Part shown: positions 1 through 12,962 of the stretch, one piece after another
Position numbering within the stretch: position 1 is the stretch's first letter
Layout: every line of letters begins with the position of its first letter
Notes under the pieces: generated by a model
Seen by the model: the letters and a program-made list of their open reading frames with translations, nothing else
Database searches by the model: none
What the model was told of the DNA's origin: nothing
Assembly (NCBI RefSeq): GCF_018977255.1
Contig: NW_024704742.1
Coordinates: 82,958,001-83,022,000, forward strand
Source of the DNA: Callorhinchus milii
Lineage: Eukaryota
Length of the DNA stretch: 64,000 nt
Direction of reading: 5' to 3'
Position numbers and translations under genes: made by a program

Positions 1-1193
1 GAAGCTAGCTATAATAAGCATTATTTTGTTGAGGGGGGGTGGTGGGGGTGCTGGAAATAGGATGACGTGGACTGACTACAAACTAATCTATTTCTGTGAT
101 TTGATCTGTTCGGTTAAAGACTAGAAACCAGCTCCAATCAGTAAGCCAGTTGTTCCCATTTTATAATATAACGCTGCAAGTGATTTGATTTCCTTTGAGG
201 AGAATTGAATTGCACACACTGTATTTATGCCATGCTTTTAACGCAGTGATAAGTGTGGCATTAAAATGCAGTCTGTAACTCACAGAACCCTGAAGAAGCT
301 CACAGACTCTTACAAGTGCCATTTGTGTATTTCTATTGCAGTTCTCATTCCACCTACCTCCTCGCTTTTAAGACCTATTTTTTTGACTGCGCTTTCGGTC
401 ACCTTTACCCCTTTACCAAACCCCTCCAACTCAGACGCCCAGTCTGCCATGTGAAGTGCTCTGAGATGTCCTCCCGATGAGAAAGCCGCAATTTAAATGC
501 AAATTGTTTTTGGCATTTATTCCGCCTAATGTGTGACAATACATGCTCACTTAGGTGTGTCGGTTTGCAGCCCATCTTCAAGCTGAACGTTTAATCACAG
601 ATTAATGGCTCCATTCACACCTTTTTAACTGTAAATCCTCCAGTGGTTTGACACCTGAGTTCACTGCACAGTTACAGTGTAAATGTCAAACTCTTACACT
701 ATCTTATGGTAAATGGACCACCTCTTTTTTTTAGAAAAAATCAGTTTGGATGATTCTTGATCTGGATTTTGTTTTCGTGAATACTGCTCTGATGTTTTCT
801 TTGATGATTTTGTCACGCTGTGTTCAAGAGCTACCTTCTCCCAGATCTGCATAACACTGCACCCACGCTGGCAAACAGGTAGATTGTGATCATAGTAGCA
901 AAACACAGTGATCAGAGAACTTCTCCACAATGACATTAATGCTGTGTCTCCCAATAACACGGATCACAGTGTCATTCTGGAGGTGCTGTCAGCTTGCTTC
1001 ACATAATAAGAATCCTTCAACTTGTTACAGCACTTATAACATGAAAACATCTCAAAGTGCTTTACAGTAATGACTATTAAGTGTAGTGACTGTGTATCTG
1101 TGGGTGAACACAACAGCCAATTTGGTCACAGCAATGGCCAGGACACTGGGAGAAATTCTCTGTTCAAACTGTGTCATGGGAATTTTAACTCCA

Positions 1194-1427
1194 GGTTGTT
1201 AGTCGATTGGCGGGGGGTAATAATCCCTTAAAAATAATAATAATAATAATAATTCGGTCACTCAATCCACGACTGTTTGTGGGACACTGCTGTGTGCAAA
1301 TGGCTGCCGCGTTTCGCCAACACAATATACGGTAAATTCACTTTTCAGTATATTCTGTGAAGCGCTTTGAGACGTCTCAAAGACATGATAAGGTACTATA
1401 TCAAATGCAAGGATTATTATATTATTA
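1194..1427 (+). mobile_element. 5'-truncated SINE nested in an older minus-strand Deu-type SINE (~1020-1193 and ~1428-1470)
   Basis: Shared body and tail. The host element's sequence resumes after the tail, and TCCA is present on both sides. Confidence 0.75.
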
Positions 1428-2169
1428 TCCAACTGAACAGACGGACAGCTCCTCTGACAATACAGCATGTGCCCTTCCCTCCCATCCCCTCACCCCCATG
1501 GAAACCAGGAGATGTTCCTGAATATCAGGCAAGGTAGCTCTCAGCCTTATTTCTGCTACCACTGTATTTCAATCCCTGGTGATAGAGGAATGAGCAAGAT
1601 GCAACCATTAGGCAAGCTTAGGGCTCTTCACATTTTGAAGTGCAAAACAATGTCACTCACATCTGGCTTTGGTTATGACGGCAGTCCACATCACGCTGCA
1701 TGTGTGTCAGACTGCCTTTAACTGTCACAGCACGCATAATGGATCGCAACGCTTCTAAATGAAATGAGCTTTGAACCCAGGAAAACTGGGCTAACCTGTT
1801 AGTCTCATTTTTGTGCTCGCGTGCTAAGACTTTGGATTTTGTTAATTTCCAAGTGTTGGTGCCATCCTAAAATAATCCTGTATTGGGATCAATACCTTCT
1901 TCCATAAGTATTTCATTGATCTAGCGTATTTCAGTATGACAGTAATTGTATCTGATTTTCATGTAACTGCTCTGATTTGCACAAATGAATGTTTGGCATT
2001 AAGTACAGGATGTATCATGACAATACTGGTCCCGTCTGCTTGTTCAGTTGCAAGTAATTGTTGTTGAACCTGATAAAGTCACATCAGCCATGATCAGAAT
2101 TTGACTTTATATTCCTGGTTTGAAAATTAATGTAAGACACCCCCACCCTGCCATTTAACCCTTCTCTCC

Positions 2170-2399
2170 ATCCCACAGTCCCTTCGCCTCGCTTCCTCCC
2201 TCGCATCCTTCAAGGCGGGTCTCATCACCCTTCTCTTCGACCGTGCCTTTGGTCTCCCTCCCACCTCTCTGTCTTCCCTCACCCCTATACAACCCCTCCA
2301 CCATGCTCGGGCCCTGACATCTGACTGTTCAGCGCTTTGGGACGTCCTCCCGACGTGAAAGGCGCTCTATAAATGTAATCTTGTTGTTGTTGTTGTTGT
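2170..2399 (+). mobile_element. L2 LINE 3' end
   Basis: Near-identical to 31690-31869, with a (TTG)n tail at ~2381-2399. Confidence 0.85.
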
Positions 2400-3603
2400 C
2401 TCCCCATGGTGCAATTTGAGGACACAGCAACCAAAAGATCACATATATCTTTGTTTCCATCACACTGCCACCCTTGGCAGTTAACGCAATTCTGTCAGGT
2501 TTTCAGTCTACTGCTTCTGGTTCACAGCGCACCAAAAACCTTTGACCCGCTCTCCGAACTTCGTGTGATCTCTTTAATTCTCGGGGACGGGCTTTGTGGA
2601 AGACTGATTGAAATGGAGTGCTCTTTAATTGGACTGCTGAAACAAGCGTGGGCTTTGCTCACATTCCCTTTATTGAGCGAGCTGCAGGAGAAATTACTTT
2701 CCAACTCCAGCCCTGGCAGATTTTCATTCCTTCCCGCTTGATATTTAAGTAGTGGATTAGCTGAGAAGATCTTAGATTTGATTCCCGTGGATTAACGGTG
2801 ATGGTATTTAATGCAGTGTCCTTAAATTAAGGAGATTGCGGTGACCCAACTAGTGATATTTTGCATAATTTGTATCTACATTAAGTACTTTTATAATAAG
2901 CTGGCCTAGATGTGAATGTTTGGGTCAGAAAAGGGCTTTTTTTTATGAATATAAAACTGTCAGCCACTATCATTTTTCGTGCTGCTCATAACCTGGTAGC
3001 AGCTCTGAAATTTGATGGCAACTTATAATATTATTATATCTCAGCTTTCATACCTCCAAATCCTTTTTCTTTGGTGGTGTGTCAAACAAAGATAGCTAGG
3101 AACTCTTGGAGATTGGATAGGGTGAGGGGTGATGGACAGACAGATTTCTCAATTGCCGGGGATTATACAAGCCTTGGTGGTGCATAGAACTCATTCTCTA
3201 TTGGTCAATACATGTACTGACCTTGGAACGGGTATATAATGGGATTCTCCATTCTGCGGAGGAGAATTGTCTCTTGTCAGGTCTTGAAAACTCCTGGTGA
3301 CCAGTTCATAAGAAAACAGCACCACAGGTTAGAGCTCCCCCAGTACCAAGCCAATATCAAAATAGGATTCCTCCCCCTCACGCCCTAGCAAAACCCACCT
3401 GAATGAATTGATCAGGTGCAAACTGCAATAAGTGATCATCATGGGAAATGATCTGTTTTCAGTGTGTATGGCTCCTGAGCCACCTCCCTGATCCTGACCG
3501 AGAGCCAATGGTATGTTCTAACGCTGGCCCCGGCTGCTGCCTTTATCGCTGTCACTCTGTGGAGTGTTTCACTGGCACGTCGGGGGATGCCAGCCAACTG
3601 ACG

Positions 3604-3708
3604 GGAATTGGACATGTGATGCGAGGGTTCCTGCCGCCTTCCACTGTTAGTATCTCGTGACATGGCAGTGAATAGCAGCAGATACACTCGCATCACATGT
3701 CCCATTCC
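3604..3708. repeat. Degenerate 105-nt palindrome
   Basis: Ungapped 46-bp stem. The outer 22 bp have one mismatch (ggaattggacatgtgatgcgag / ctcgcatcacatgtcccattcc). Confidence 0.8.
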
Positions 3709-5034
3709 AATCCTGGAGGGATGGAATCAGAAGGTATAATCTCCCCCCCCCAACCCCCCACAAAAAAAATGGTCACTCAATCAAGCAGACTGTCTGGAGT
3801 GCACATTTGGCAGCCGTGTTTTGCCCACAAAATATACAGTCAATTAACTTTATAATATTCTGTATTCTGTGAAGTGCTTTTGAGATGTCTCAGCGAGGTG
3901 ATACAGCACTATATCAAATGCAAGGATTATTACATTATTATGGCTTTGTGTTTACTGACAGTGGAGTTCGCAATTCCTCCCTGCCCCAGAAAGCCGATTC
4001 AGACAGAAGGCAATTAAAATTTGGACAAAGGAAATCAACATATCCATCCTGAACAGCAGGCTGAGTGTCCGTGTCACTATGGTGAAGCGGCTGGAATTCC
4101 GCCTCATCTATCCAAGTGGGAAAACCACTGTCCTATTTCACCTTCTTCCTTGTGCTCCTTGTTTTCTTTTATTTGCTGGGCTTTACTTTTGAAACCACAC
4201 ATTCTCTCTGTCCCCCACCTGATAAGGTACCCGCTTAAAGCAAGGATTTGTTCAGAAATCAGGATTCCATTAGCACAAAACTTCTGACATGCATGATTCC
4301 CTCATCTTTATCTTTACAGCAGCAGCAAAGAAAAAAAATCCTGAGTAGCGCTTATCTAATCACTAGGGAAGAAACCTGTATTAAAGCCACGTTAAATCTT
4401 AAACCTGTATTCATTCAGGCCACCAAAACCTACCAGTCAGTCACGGATAGTCTGATTAACCCATGGCTTATCCGTCAGTGCAGAATGGCTTTTGTTAATA
4501 GAATTTAGACAAATGTTCTGCTGAGTTCAGAAGCAATAGCTCCAGTCTTTATTCACTGATATTCATTAGCTCTGCCCAAGGCCTTAAAATGCATCTTAAT
4601 ATCCAGTTTAATCTTTCTCAGTCTAAAATATGCCCATCAAGAAGAGGTTCTTGTTTCAATAGACAATTTAAATTACTGTGCGGTGCCTCAGGGCATGAAA
4701 TATAAAGCAAGCTCTCTGCCTTCAGACTCCACCCCACACCGCCAAAAAAACCTTCTAACATTACCTTGGTAATGATGAGATACCTTCATGGTGTTCAACA
4801 AAGTAATATTTAAAAAAAAACATGTTTCTGTCCCTCTCACCATTTCTTTGTGAAAAGAATATATTATATATGTGTGCACATGGTCATCACCTGCTCATAT
4901 GCATTGTTTTCATATGGGTTTGCACATGATTGATCCAGACTGCAAATTCGATCCCATGATTGCTTTAGAATTTGTCAGAAGTGCTTCATTGGGTCTATGT
5001 TGAATGGATCTCTTTATATTCCCTGATAGTTTAT

Positions 5035-5310
5035 TTGCTTCTGCTTCAGTTCACTGATGCTTTTGACGTCTGGGCAGCTATTACACCTAAATCTTTCTTC
5101 TCCACTTGCCTTCGATGATATTCCCTTCATTTTTATAATCATCATATTTCCAGTTTCCAGGATTCAATATCTATTGCTTTCCATTTGTCAGTATTAAATT
5201 CCATTTGCAATTCATCAGTTCCCTCAGTCACCAGCTCCCAGTAGATACAAGGATTATCACTTCCCTCCGCGCATCCTACGTTCCCACATAACTTGGTACG
5301 ATCTGAAACC
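5035..5310 (-). mobile_element. Old CR1-like RT fragment
   Basis: Reverse complement reads ...gcaaatggaatttaatactgacaaatggaaagcaata (WQMEFN.DK-like) and gaaaaagatttaggtgtaata-like (EKDLGV). Confidence 0.55.
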
Positions 5311-6614
5311 GCAGGGCTTCTGTTTGTAATAAATATGATACTTTAACACTGTGAAGTTATGCTTACAAGGGTAATGACTGCTAAAAATCATTTTGCGTGT
5401 AAGTCAAAACAGCCAGTCCAGCGAACAGATTTCTTTTTAATGTTGCTGTCTAATGTAGGTTGAAAGTCGTGTCTCTTCGAGATGAGGCAAGTCATTTAGA
5501 TAGGTACACTTATCTTGCCTCCCAATGTCACCTAGTTCAACATTATTTGGGTCTTCTTTGATTTAACTATTGATATTGTTCTAGTCAATTGGGTGCCACG
5601 GTCGGCACATGTTGGACACTTAAGGTGTTTGGCCCACAAAATATACAGCCAATTCACTTTACAGTATATTCTGTGAAGCCCATGGGGATGTCTCAAAGAT
5701 GTGATAAGGCACTATATCAAATGCAAGGATTATTATTATATTTTAACAACATCCCCCACGAGTGCTTTAACCAATATGCTAGAGAACTCCATTTAATACA
5801 AAACCTTCACAACATGGAAATCACCTCAATTGCAGTCTAACCCTTGTGTTATCAATAAACATAATGAGATGCGTTTTCATTCTGCCACATGAAGAGATTC
5901 AACAACAACGATTACAATTTACATTGAGATCGAGTTTGCCTGTAATGCGATGCTGACATCTTTTCTATTTTTTTGTTTAATTAACACTGCAATGCAGCAG
6001 ATTCATTGGACTTTAAAACGCTCTGGGTCACTCCCCAAGTTTCTGTTGCATGAAACGAAAAAGCAATGTTAGCTTTCAGTATGTTGTGCAGATCCATTAA
6101 TCAAGCTTTTCTCCCAAAGTTTAGGGCTGGATTTTTTTGTTGTTGGGTTTATAAATAGTTAGCAGCCCATTGCTTCGGAGTCACAAGTACCAGGCTAGGA
6201 ACCAAATACTGTAAATGATCATACTGCAAATTTTCAAATGTACTGGAGTCTCAAAGGAGCCTCTCTACCAAGACCACGTTGTTGGTTATAGAATTGTTCA
6301 AACTTACACCTTACGTAGTCTGGTAGCCTGATCCCCTTCCTCTGACAGTATAGATAATGAGAAGGACATCACTCAGGGCTCCATCACTTTTGCTCCTGTT
6401 CCAGAACCTATCCCCCCCCCCCCCCCCCATCTCCTCGGTCGAATGGACAACTCTTAATTGGACACCGCTTACACTGTTTTTCACAGAGTGCAATTCATTT
6501 TCAAAAGGTACCTTCAGATGGAAACACAAAACAACCACTAACAAGTAAATACTCTTCCTTTTTGTAATCAAAATGTGAAACGGTTGTCTCTTGCGCTGAG
6601 AACATATAAAGACA

Positions 6615-7300
6615 TTTAGATAGATTTACATAGATTGTACAGCACAGAAACAGGCCATTCTCGCCCAACCAGTCCGTGCTGGTGTTTATATACCACGCAA
6701 GCCTTCACCATTCCTTACTCTGTCTCATATCCTTCTATTTCCCTCTCCCTCATGTGAATATATAGCTTCCTTTTAAATACTCTTTGATTCAACCATCATT
6801 TCAGGCGCAAGTTCCAGAATCTCATTACGCTCGTGAAGTAGTTCATCCTACATTGTCTTTTGGATTCCCTACTCCCTGACTTATACTTATGTCCCCTGGT
6901 TAGGGACTTCCCAACAAGTGAGAATAGCCTTTCTTTGCTAACCTTATCAAACCCTTTAATAATTTTTAAACATCTCTGTTTTCCCCTCTTAAACATCTCT
7001 TTTTTCAACAAAAAAGGTCTAACCTATCCAGTTTGTTCTGACAACAGTAACCTACCAGGCTGATAGTATCCTCATAAACCTGTTGCTATGTTCTTCTTGT
7101 AGTGTGTAGACCAGAATTGGACACCAAATGTGGTCCAAGCAAGATTTTGTACAAATCCTTATTTTTATACACTATCCCTCAGATATAAACCCCAGGAACT
7201 TGGCACTTTTTAATAGCCTTATCAACTTGCATAGCTACTTCTAGAGATTTGTGGATCTGAATCCCCAGGTCTCTTTGCTCCTCTACTCCTCTTAGATTCC
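6615..7300 (-). mobile_element. CR1-clade LINE 3' fragment
   Basis: ORF 6796-7011 (KIIKGFDKVSKERLFSLVGKSLTRGHKYK...VMRFWN) resembles the CR1 ORF2 C-terminus. The 3' end is ...gaatggcctgtttctgtgctgtac plus short repeats. Confidence 0.8.
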
Positions 7301-8649
7301 TACCATCACTGGGCCACATCAGATGTTTTTACAGGACTTGACTGACTGCCTGACATACTTTTAAGACAATCCCTTGTAAGCGCAGGCGACCATGTGTAAT
7401 TTCATTGATTCCTTTCAAGGCAAAAAGCATTCTATTCTAAACAGCGGACATAAAAAAAACAAATAAAATTGAAGCGAAACTACATCAGGCTAGCTTCAGA
7501 ATCAGCATTTCCACTGCAGGCTACCATTTAGGGGAAGTGAATGTTTTGACTGAACAATCAGCGCATTTATGTGAGAGACTCAAAATATATCTCACATCAA
7601 GATGTGGCATATTAAGCCAGTGGGAAAGTGTTTGCATTGTGGGAAAAACTGTCTTGATTCTCCTCTGTGGAATCTGCACAATTGTATCTTTTGCAAAGTG
7701 CCTTTTGCCAGTGGGATACTGCAAATAGCCGAGAAACAAATCCCTGTGAATTAAGGTTCGACATTGTGGTAAAGTTCCAAGGTACTGAAGACTACTTCAA
7801 ATACCAAGTCACTACGTTTTACAATGTATTCCGTGAAGTGCTTTAAGATGCCCTTCTAATGTGAAAGGTGCTAATTCAAATGAAAGGATTATTATTATTT
7901 TAATATTTATCACCTGCAACTCACTTAGTTGCAGCAGATTATATACTTAGCATGGAATGGTTGGATGCACCACATCTCCCTTGTGAACAGATATCACATC
8001 AGACTGACTAATATTGTGGTTGCTGACCTTTTGATCTTGTTATGAACACAGCTCAGACTGAAGGAACGCAGCTCAGTCTCTTCTGTCTGTTGCTATTGAG
8101 TGAGATACATTTGGACTATCAGAACGAGGAACCTGGGGCTTTGGGGGAATTCTACCTGAGTCTAGGGTTACTCTATTCAGAGTATTGGAGATCCTTTTTG
8201 CATCTAACCACAATAAACTTGAAGTGGGAGTGCTTGGTACTGACAGTGGAAGCTGAAAAGGGTACAAGTTTTCATTCTCCAGGACTGACAGCTTTCACAT
8301 TGACAAGCACAACATTCCATAGTTTTTTTAAAAAGCATGTTTGTTAGAAACCTTATACAAAGCATGAGCATTGACACGATGGCAATAAGCCTGGACTAAA
8401 TAATGATTCAGCGAGAGCATGTCACAAGGAACGTAATTCAGTCTCATAAAATTTATCAATAAGTCTGCTTGAAATCAAATGTCAGTGATTTTTTTCCCAA
8501 GCACTGGTTGTTCACACTTGGCTTCTTCATTGCCACTGATGCACCCACAGTGATGTTCCAGTACAGTGAGTGCCTTTGCTTCTGAAATGGACTTGCTCAT
8601 GTGTGTCATTAATATTTGAAAGCAGCTTCAATTTATTAATTATAAGAAG

Positions 8650-8935
8650 AATCCTTATGTTCAGTGTAGAGTCTTTCACTTTGGGATGACATCTCAAAGT
8701 GCTTCACAGGATTCACTGTGAGGTGTAGTAACTGTGTTTATGGGCAAACACTGCAACCAATTTGGGCATAGCAATATCCCACAAAAAAACATTTGTGAAT
8801 GACTGAATATTTTGAATCTGGGGATTGTTGGCCAAGATACTGGGAGAAACTCCCTTCATATTTCGAGTAGTAACATCCACTTGACCGTGCAGATGGGACC
8901 TTGTTTTAACATCTTATCCAAAGAACAGAATCCTT
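8650..8935 (-). mobile_element. Deu-domain SINE (degenerate)
   Basis: Tail aatccttatgttcagtgtagag...acatctcaaagtgcttcacag, then ggggattgttggccaagatactgggagaaactcc. Confidence 0.68.
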
Positions 8936-10960
8936 TGCACCAGCACACTACCGTCTCGTGAAGTGATCAGCACACCAGTAGCCAGTGGCTGTGGGAATCA
9001 TTGATTTTGTTGGCTTGTGATCTCTTAAGAGGGGAGCAGAAACCGGATAACAATGATAACAGTGTAAAATACTCTATTACAAAAAACTGAACTGGGCATA
9101 ACCCACCCTCCCCCCCCCCCCATCCCCCGCACACACACAACCTTCACCCTTCCTGATTTCTGCATAATAGTTGGCCTTGAAGTCAGTTCGATATCAGTGA
9201 TGAGATTGCTGTTGCCGCAAGTCCCTGTTGTTGTTGGGACATGCTGTGTTTTTTTGCCATTTGATGGGACGCAGGCTAAAATCAAGGCAACGAACTGTAG
9301 TGCTGACATCTTCAAATCTGCTTCATCCGTTGTAACAAAGGCAGACAATAGGGGAAGAGGTTCACACCCACACAATCTTTAGTTATAATTTAGGTGGAAA
9401 TCGAGAGTGTTTCAGTCACTGAATTTGTTAAGAAACATCACAATTTTCACCCTATGAGATACGTTTAGTGCAAGCAGGGGTGAGGGAGGTAAGGAGGAGG
9501 ATAGACGCGTAACTAGAAACTTGTCTCCGTTATCTTCAGAAACACAAAAGCCAGAATTGACACCGGGTATACATATCCCTGTTTTAAAATTTGTTTGACA
9601 ACAAAATGTTGAGACAGTGGGTTTGATTCTTTTACATCAGTGCGGATGCTACATTGGTCAGTATTCTAGACATAGACTGGCATAGACTGTTATTTGCAAC
9701 GGCATTCAGACACCACAGTATGAAAGATATTTACAGGAGGAACTGGATGCTTTCAAGCGCTGAATTTGGATTCTATACGGGATGATAATTAAACACAGAT
9801 TATGCAGCGTACCATATACTATTATTCATTCACTGTTGAAAGAGGAACCTACAGAAAATCTCAGATTAAAAATGTCAGTGCCTACAGCAACATTTAGACT
9901 GTTGAAATGCTGAATATTATACCATTCAAAACACTCTGGAGGATAGTGTACTGTGTGTTGTGTGTGTTTGTGTAGCAACATCTGCATGTTGCAAAGCACA
10001 GTATTTGCATCAGTAGCTGTATGTTATCAAGGCCTGTAAATGCAGGAGCATTCATGTGCTGTGAAGGGCAGTACATACAGTATTCAGAAAGGTTTTTACA
10101 AATAATTTCTTGCATTCATTTTTTGTGACTTTAGTCATTTCAGCCATTTATTTGGAAATGTGTGGGTGTAACCATTGGCATTTCCATCCGATTTCCAATA
10201 GTGTGCACTTTGGCTTTTGTTACAAAATTATCCAGTTACCAAATTGCATCTAGCACAAACAGTGGCTTACAAATCTTATGGACCACTTGCAATTACACAA
10301 GGTGGGTGTCTGTGTGTATCAAGTACCGTTTTATGTACTTTCATATAATTAATATTAAATGTATTTCCTTTGAGAGCTCCAGCTCAATAACATGGGCAGC
10401 ATTAGATCCCGGGACTCAATTAAATTGCTGCAGGCATTTTCGTATCTTAATTTGAATCTGGGGTTCTCTTGAGGTGCCATGAAGTAGACCATCATGAACG
10501 AACCGTTGATTCTGGAGATATAAAGTTGCCAGGACTTAAAAAAAGCAGTGCTTCCATTTCCTGGTAACATCATCCAGCTCACTTACATAGCTTGCCTGGC
10601 CTTCTCCGAGGCTATCGGCCACAGGTCACAGACTGTTTATTTTGAGAGCCAGGGCAATTCTCCAGTGTGTGCTGATGGGTTTCTGAAGCAGCTGCGTCTG
10701 TCTAGTCTCCAAACCAGCGACTCAACAGGATTCCACACACACTGAGCTGCCTCCCAGTTTATGCAATGGACAGAACAAACAGTCGACTCTTCTTTGCGAC
10801 TTGTGTTGAATTAATTGCAATTTTCAGTTTGCAATCATCAGATTGCCAAAGTCGCAGCTGAATTTAGGTGTCAGCCTGAATCAGTTGGTAGTACTCTCGC
10901 CTCCGAGTCAGAAGGTTGTAGGTTGAAACACCACTTTGAGACTGAGCTCACAGTCTGGGC

Positions 10961-11772
10961 CAGTGTTGTCCAATAGAAATCGCTGACCAGTCGGTGTGAC
11001 TAAAGTGGCAACATTTTAGCCATATGCACTAATTTTAGTAGAAAACACCTTACACACACTCACACAGCACAGATAAATATCCTCCGTATGTATGTTTACA
11101 TAAATATTTACTTAGCAAATATCTATGTAAATGTCTCACACCATTCAGTGTAAAACTTTGCAGTCTTGTCTTTATTTTTCTTTTGTGAGACGTGCCAAAC
11201 TGCCCAATAGATCATGGCTAAGGTGCACTCCCACTCAAGAAAATCGTAAACAACCGCCAAAGAAGAAAGGAAAGGATAGAGCAGTGCTGTGGGAGCGGGG
11301 CAGTCCTGTGAATTTGGGGATGAAGACTTTCCAGTCTGTTGCAGTCGGTTCCAGCCCTGATGGGCAGTGGCTGACAGGCAATGCCTGATGCTGACATTGG
11401 GTGATAAAGAGGAACAGGCGTTCCTTCCCAAACACCTTAGGCACAAAGGCAACCACACAAATCTGTGGCAACAGATTCCGCATATTGTCTATTTTCTTGT
11501 CAATTTCTGTTCACTGCTGCTTATTTCTCTAATGTCTTGGTGCTTTTTCGGTGGACACACATTTATTTTCTGTCTTATAAAAGCCACTTATCTTTGACAG
11601 GGTCTGCCCATTGTCACTTATTTTATTCACGTGGAATTTTCATGCACAGACGCATTTATCTCTTTATTTCGGTCACGCTGACAACTGTCTCCGAGTGGGA
11701 AAAATATGATCAAAATCTCTAGCGTCGACAGCACCAGTCGTTGCAATGAGCGAGCAGTGTTTTACAGCACTG
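10961..11772. mobile_element. Possible old hAT-like non-autonomous DNA element following a Deu-SINE head (10869-10960)
   Basis: Imperfect TIRs: cagtgttgtccaatagaaatcgct versus reverse complement cagtgctgtaaaacactgctcgct. No 8-bp TSD seen. Confidence 0.3.
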
Positions 11773-11990
11773 CCTTTATTACAAATTGGAATCATTCTCA
11801 AATGTTTCTCTGAGATAAACGGCCTCGCGCTGAAAACTTGTTATCGTCAGTTGTCGCTATCTTACCTGGAATAAGAATAAGGGACCTGCGCTCCTGGGTA
11901 CCGTGTGTGTGTGTGCGTATGTTGCCGTGTGTGTTGGTGATACTGGTTCAGCTCCTTGGGATTCGTGTCGTTCCTTTCGATACAATGCAA

Positions 11991-12160
11991 CCTTCTAAAT
12001 AGATAGGTATTCTGTAGACCTACCTTTATAGGAATATAGAATACCTCTCTATTCAGAAGGTGTAAATAGATGCTTATGTATCTATTTATAAATAGATAAT
12101 TTAGATATATCTAATATAGTTCATATAGTAAATCTATATAGGTATATAGAATACCTATCA
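11991..12160. repeat. Cluster of AT-rich palindromes
   Basis: 32-bp stem at 11991-12060, 11-bp stem at 12063-12088, and a further copy of tatagaatacct at ~12144-12155. Confidence 0.75.
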
Positions 12161-12188
12161 AGGTGACCAGAAATAAAGAGAATGGGAG

Positions 12189-12509
12189 ATAATAATAATA
12201 ATAATCCTTGCATTGGATATAGCGCTTTTCACGTCGGGAGGACGTCCCAAAGCGCTTCACAGAACACACTGTAAAGTGAATTGACTGTATATTTGTGGGC
12301 GAACGCGGCAGCCAATTGTGCACAGCAATGCCCCACAAACAGTTGTAGATTGAAAATGTCCAATTTATTATTGTTTTTTTTTGGAGGGATTATTATTAGG
12401 CTCTGTGTGGAGTAAGGAAACTTGCCCAAGGTTTCGCCCTCTGCCTGGAATTGAACTCAGGTCTCTCACTTGCAAAGCGAGTGCTCTAACCACTGAGCTA
12501 CAGGACTCC
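12189..12509 (-). mobile_element. Full-length young tRNA(Ala)-derived SINE
   Basis: Reverse complement is highly similar along its length to 33565-33893. Confidence 0.92.
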
Positions 12510-12919
12510 ACAATGGGAATGGGACAGAGAAAAATTATGACCTTTGCTGTGTTAAATTAACAATAGTTAACCCGTAAATATTGAGCACGTGGGTGAGATA
12601 TGGTTTTGGGGCAAACAGCCAAACTTTGACCAGAAAAGAGGGGAAAAACAAACACAACAACAACTTCCACTTATATAGCGCCCTCCATGCAGGGTAGCAG
12701 AGCGCTTATGAAACTCAATCAGGGCACAAATGAAACTCCTTCAAGAGATGAGGTGGGGAGCAAATTGACAGCAAAAAAATAATATCCAAGACCAAGGACG
12801 ATGTCTGTTTATATAACCCATCAGTGATGGGACTCACTGCTTTAACTGAAAGCTGCACTCACTAAAGGTATCTTTTCAATTGAGGTGTGAATTATATGGG
12901 TCGCATTCACAGAGTTCAT

Positions 12920-12962
12920 TAACCTGTTCCTTGTTAACTTGTTCCTTGTTAACCTGTTCCTG
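12920..12962 (+). repeat. 15-nt tandem repeat, about 3 copies
   Basis: ttaacctgttccttg / ttaacttgttccttg / ttaacctgttcctg. Confidence 0.75.

Noticed and set aside
3663..3684. miR-34/449 family gene (TGGCAGTG start)
   Set aside because: Only the first 8 nt match and it sits on the 3' arm. Kept only as an unexplained hairpin.
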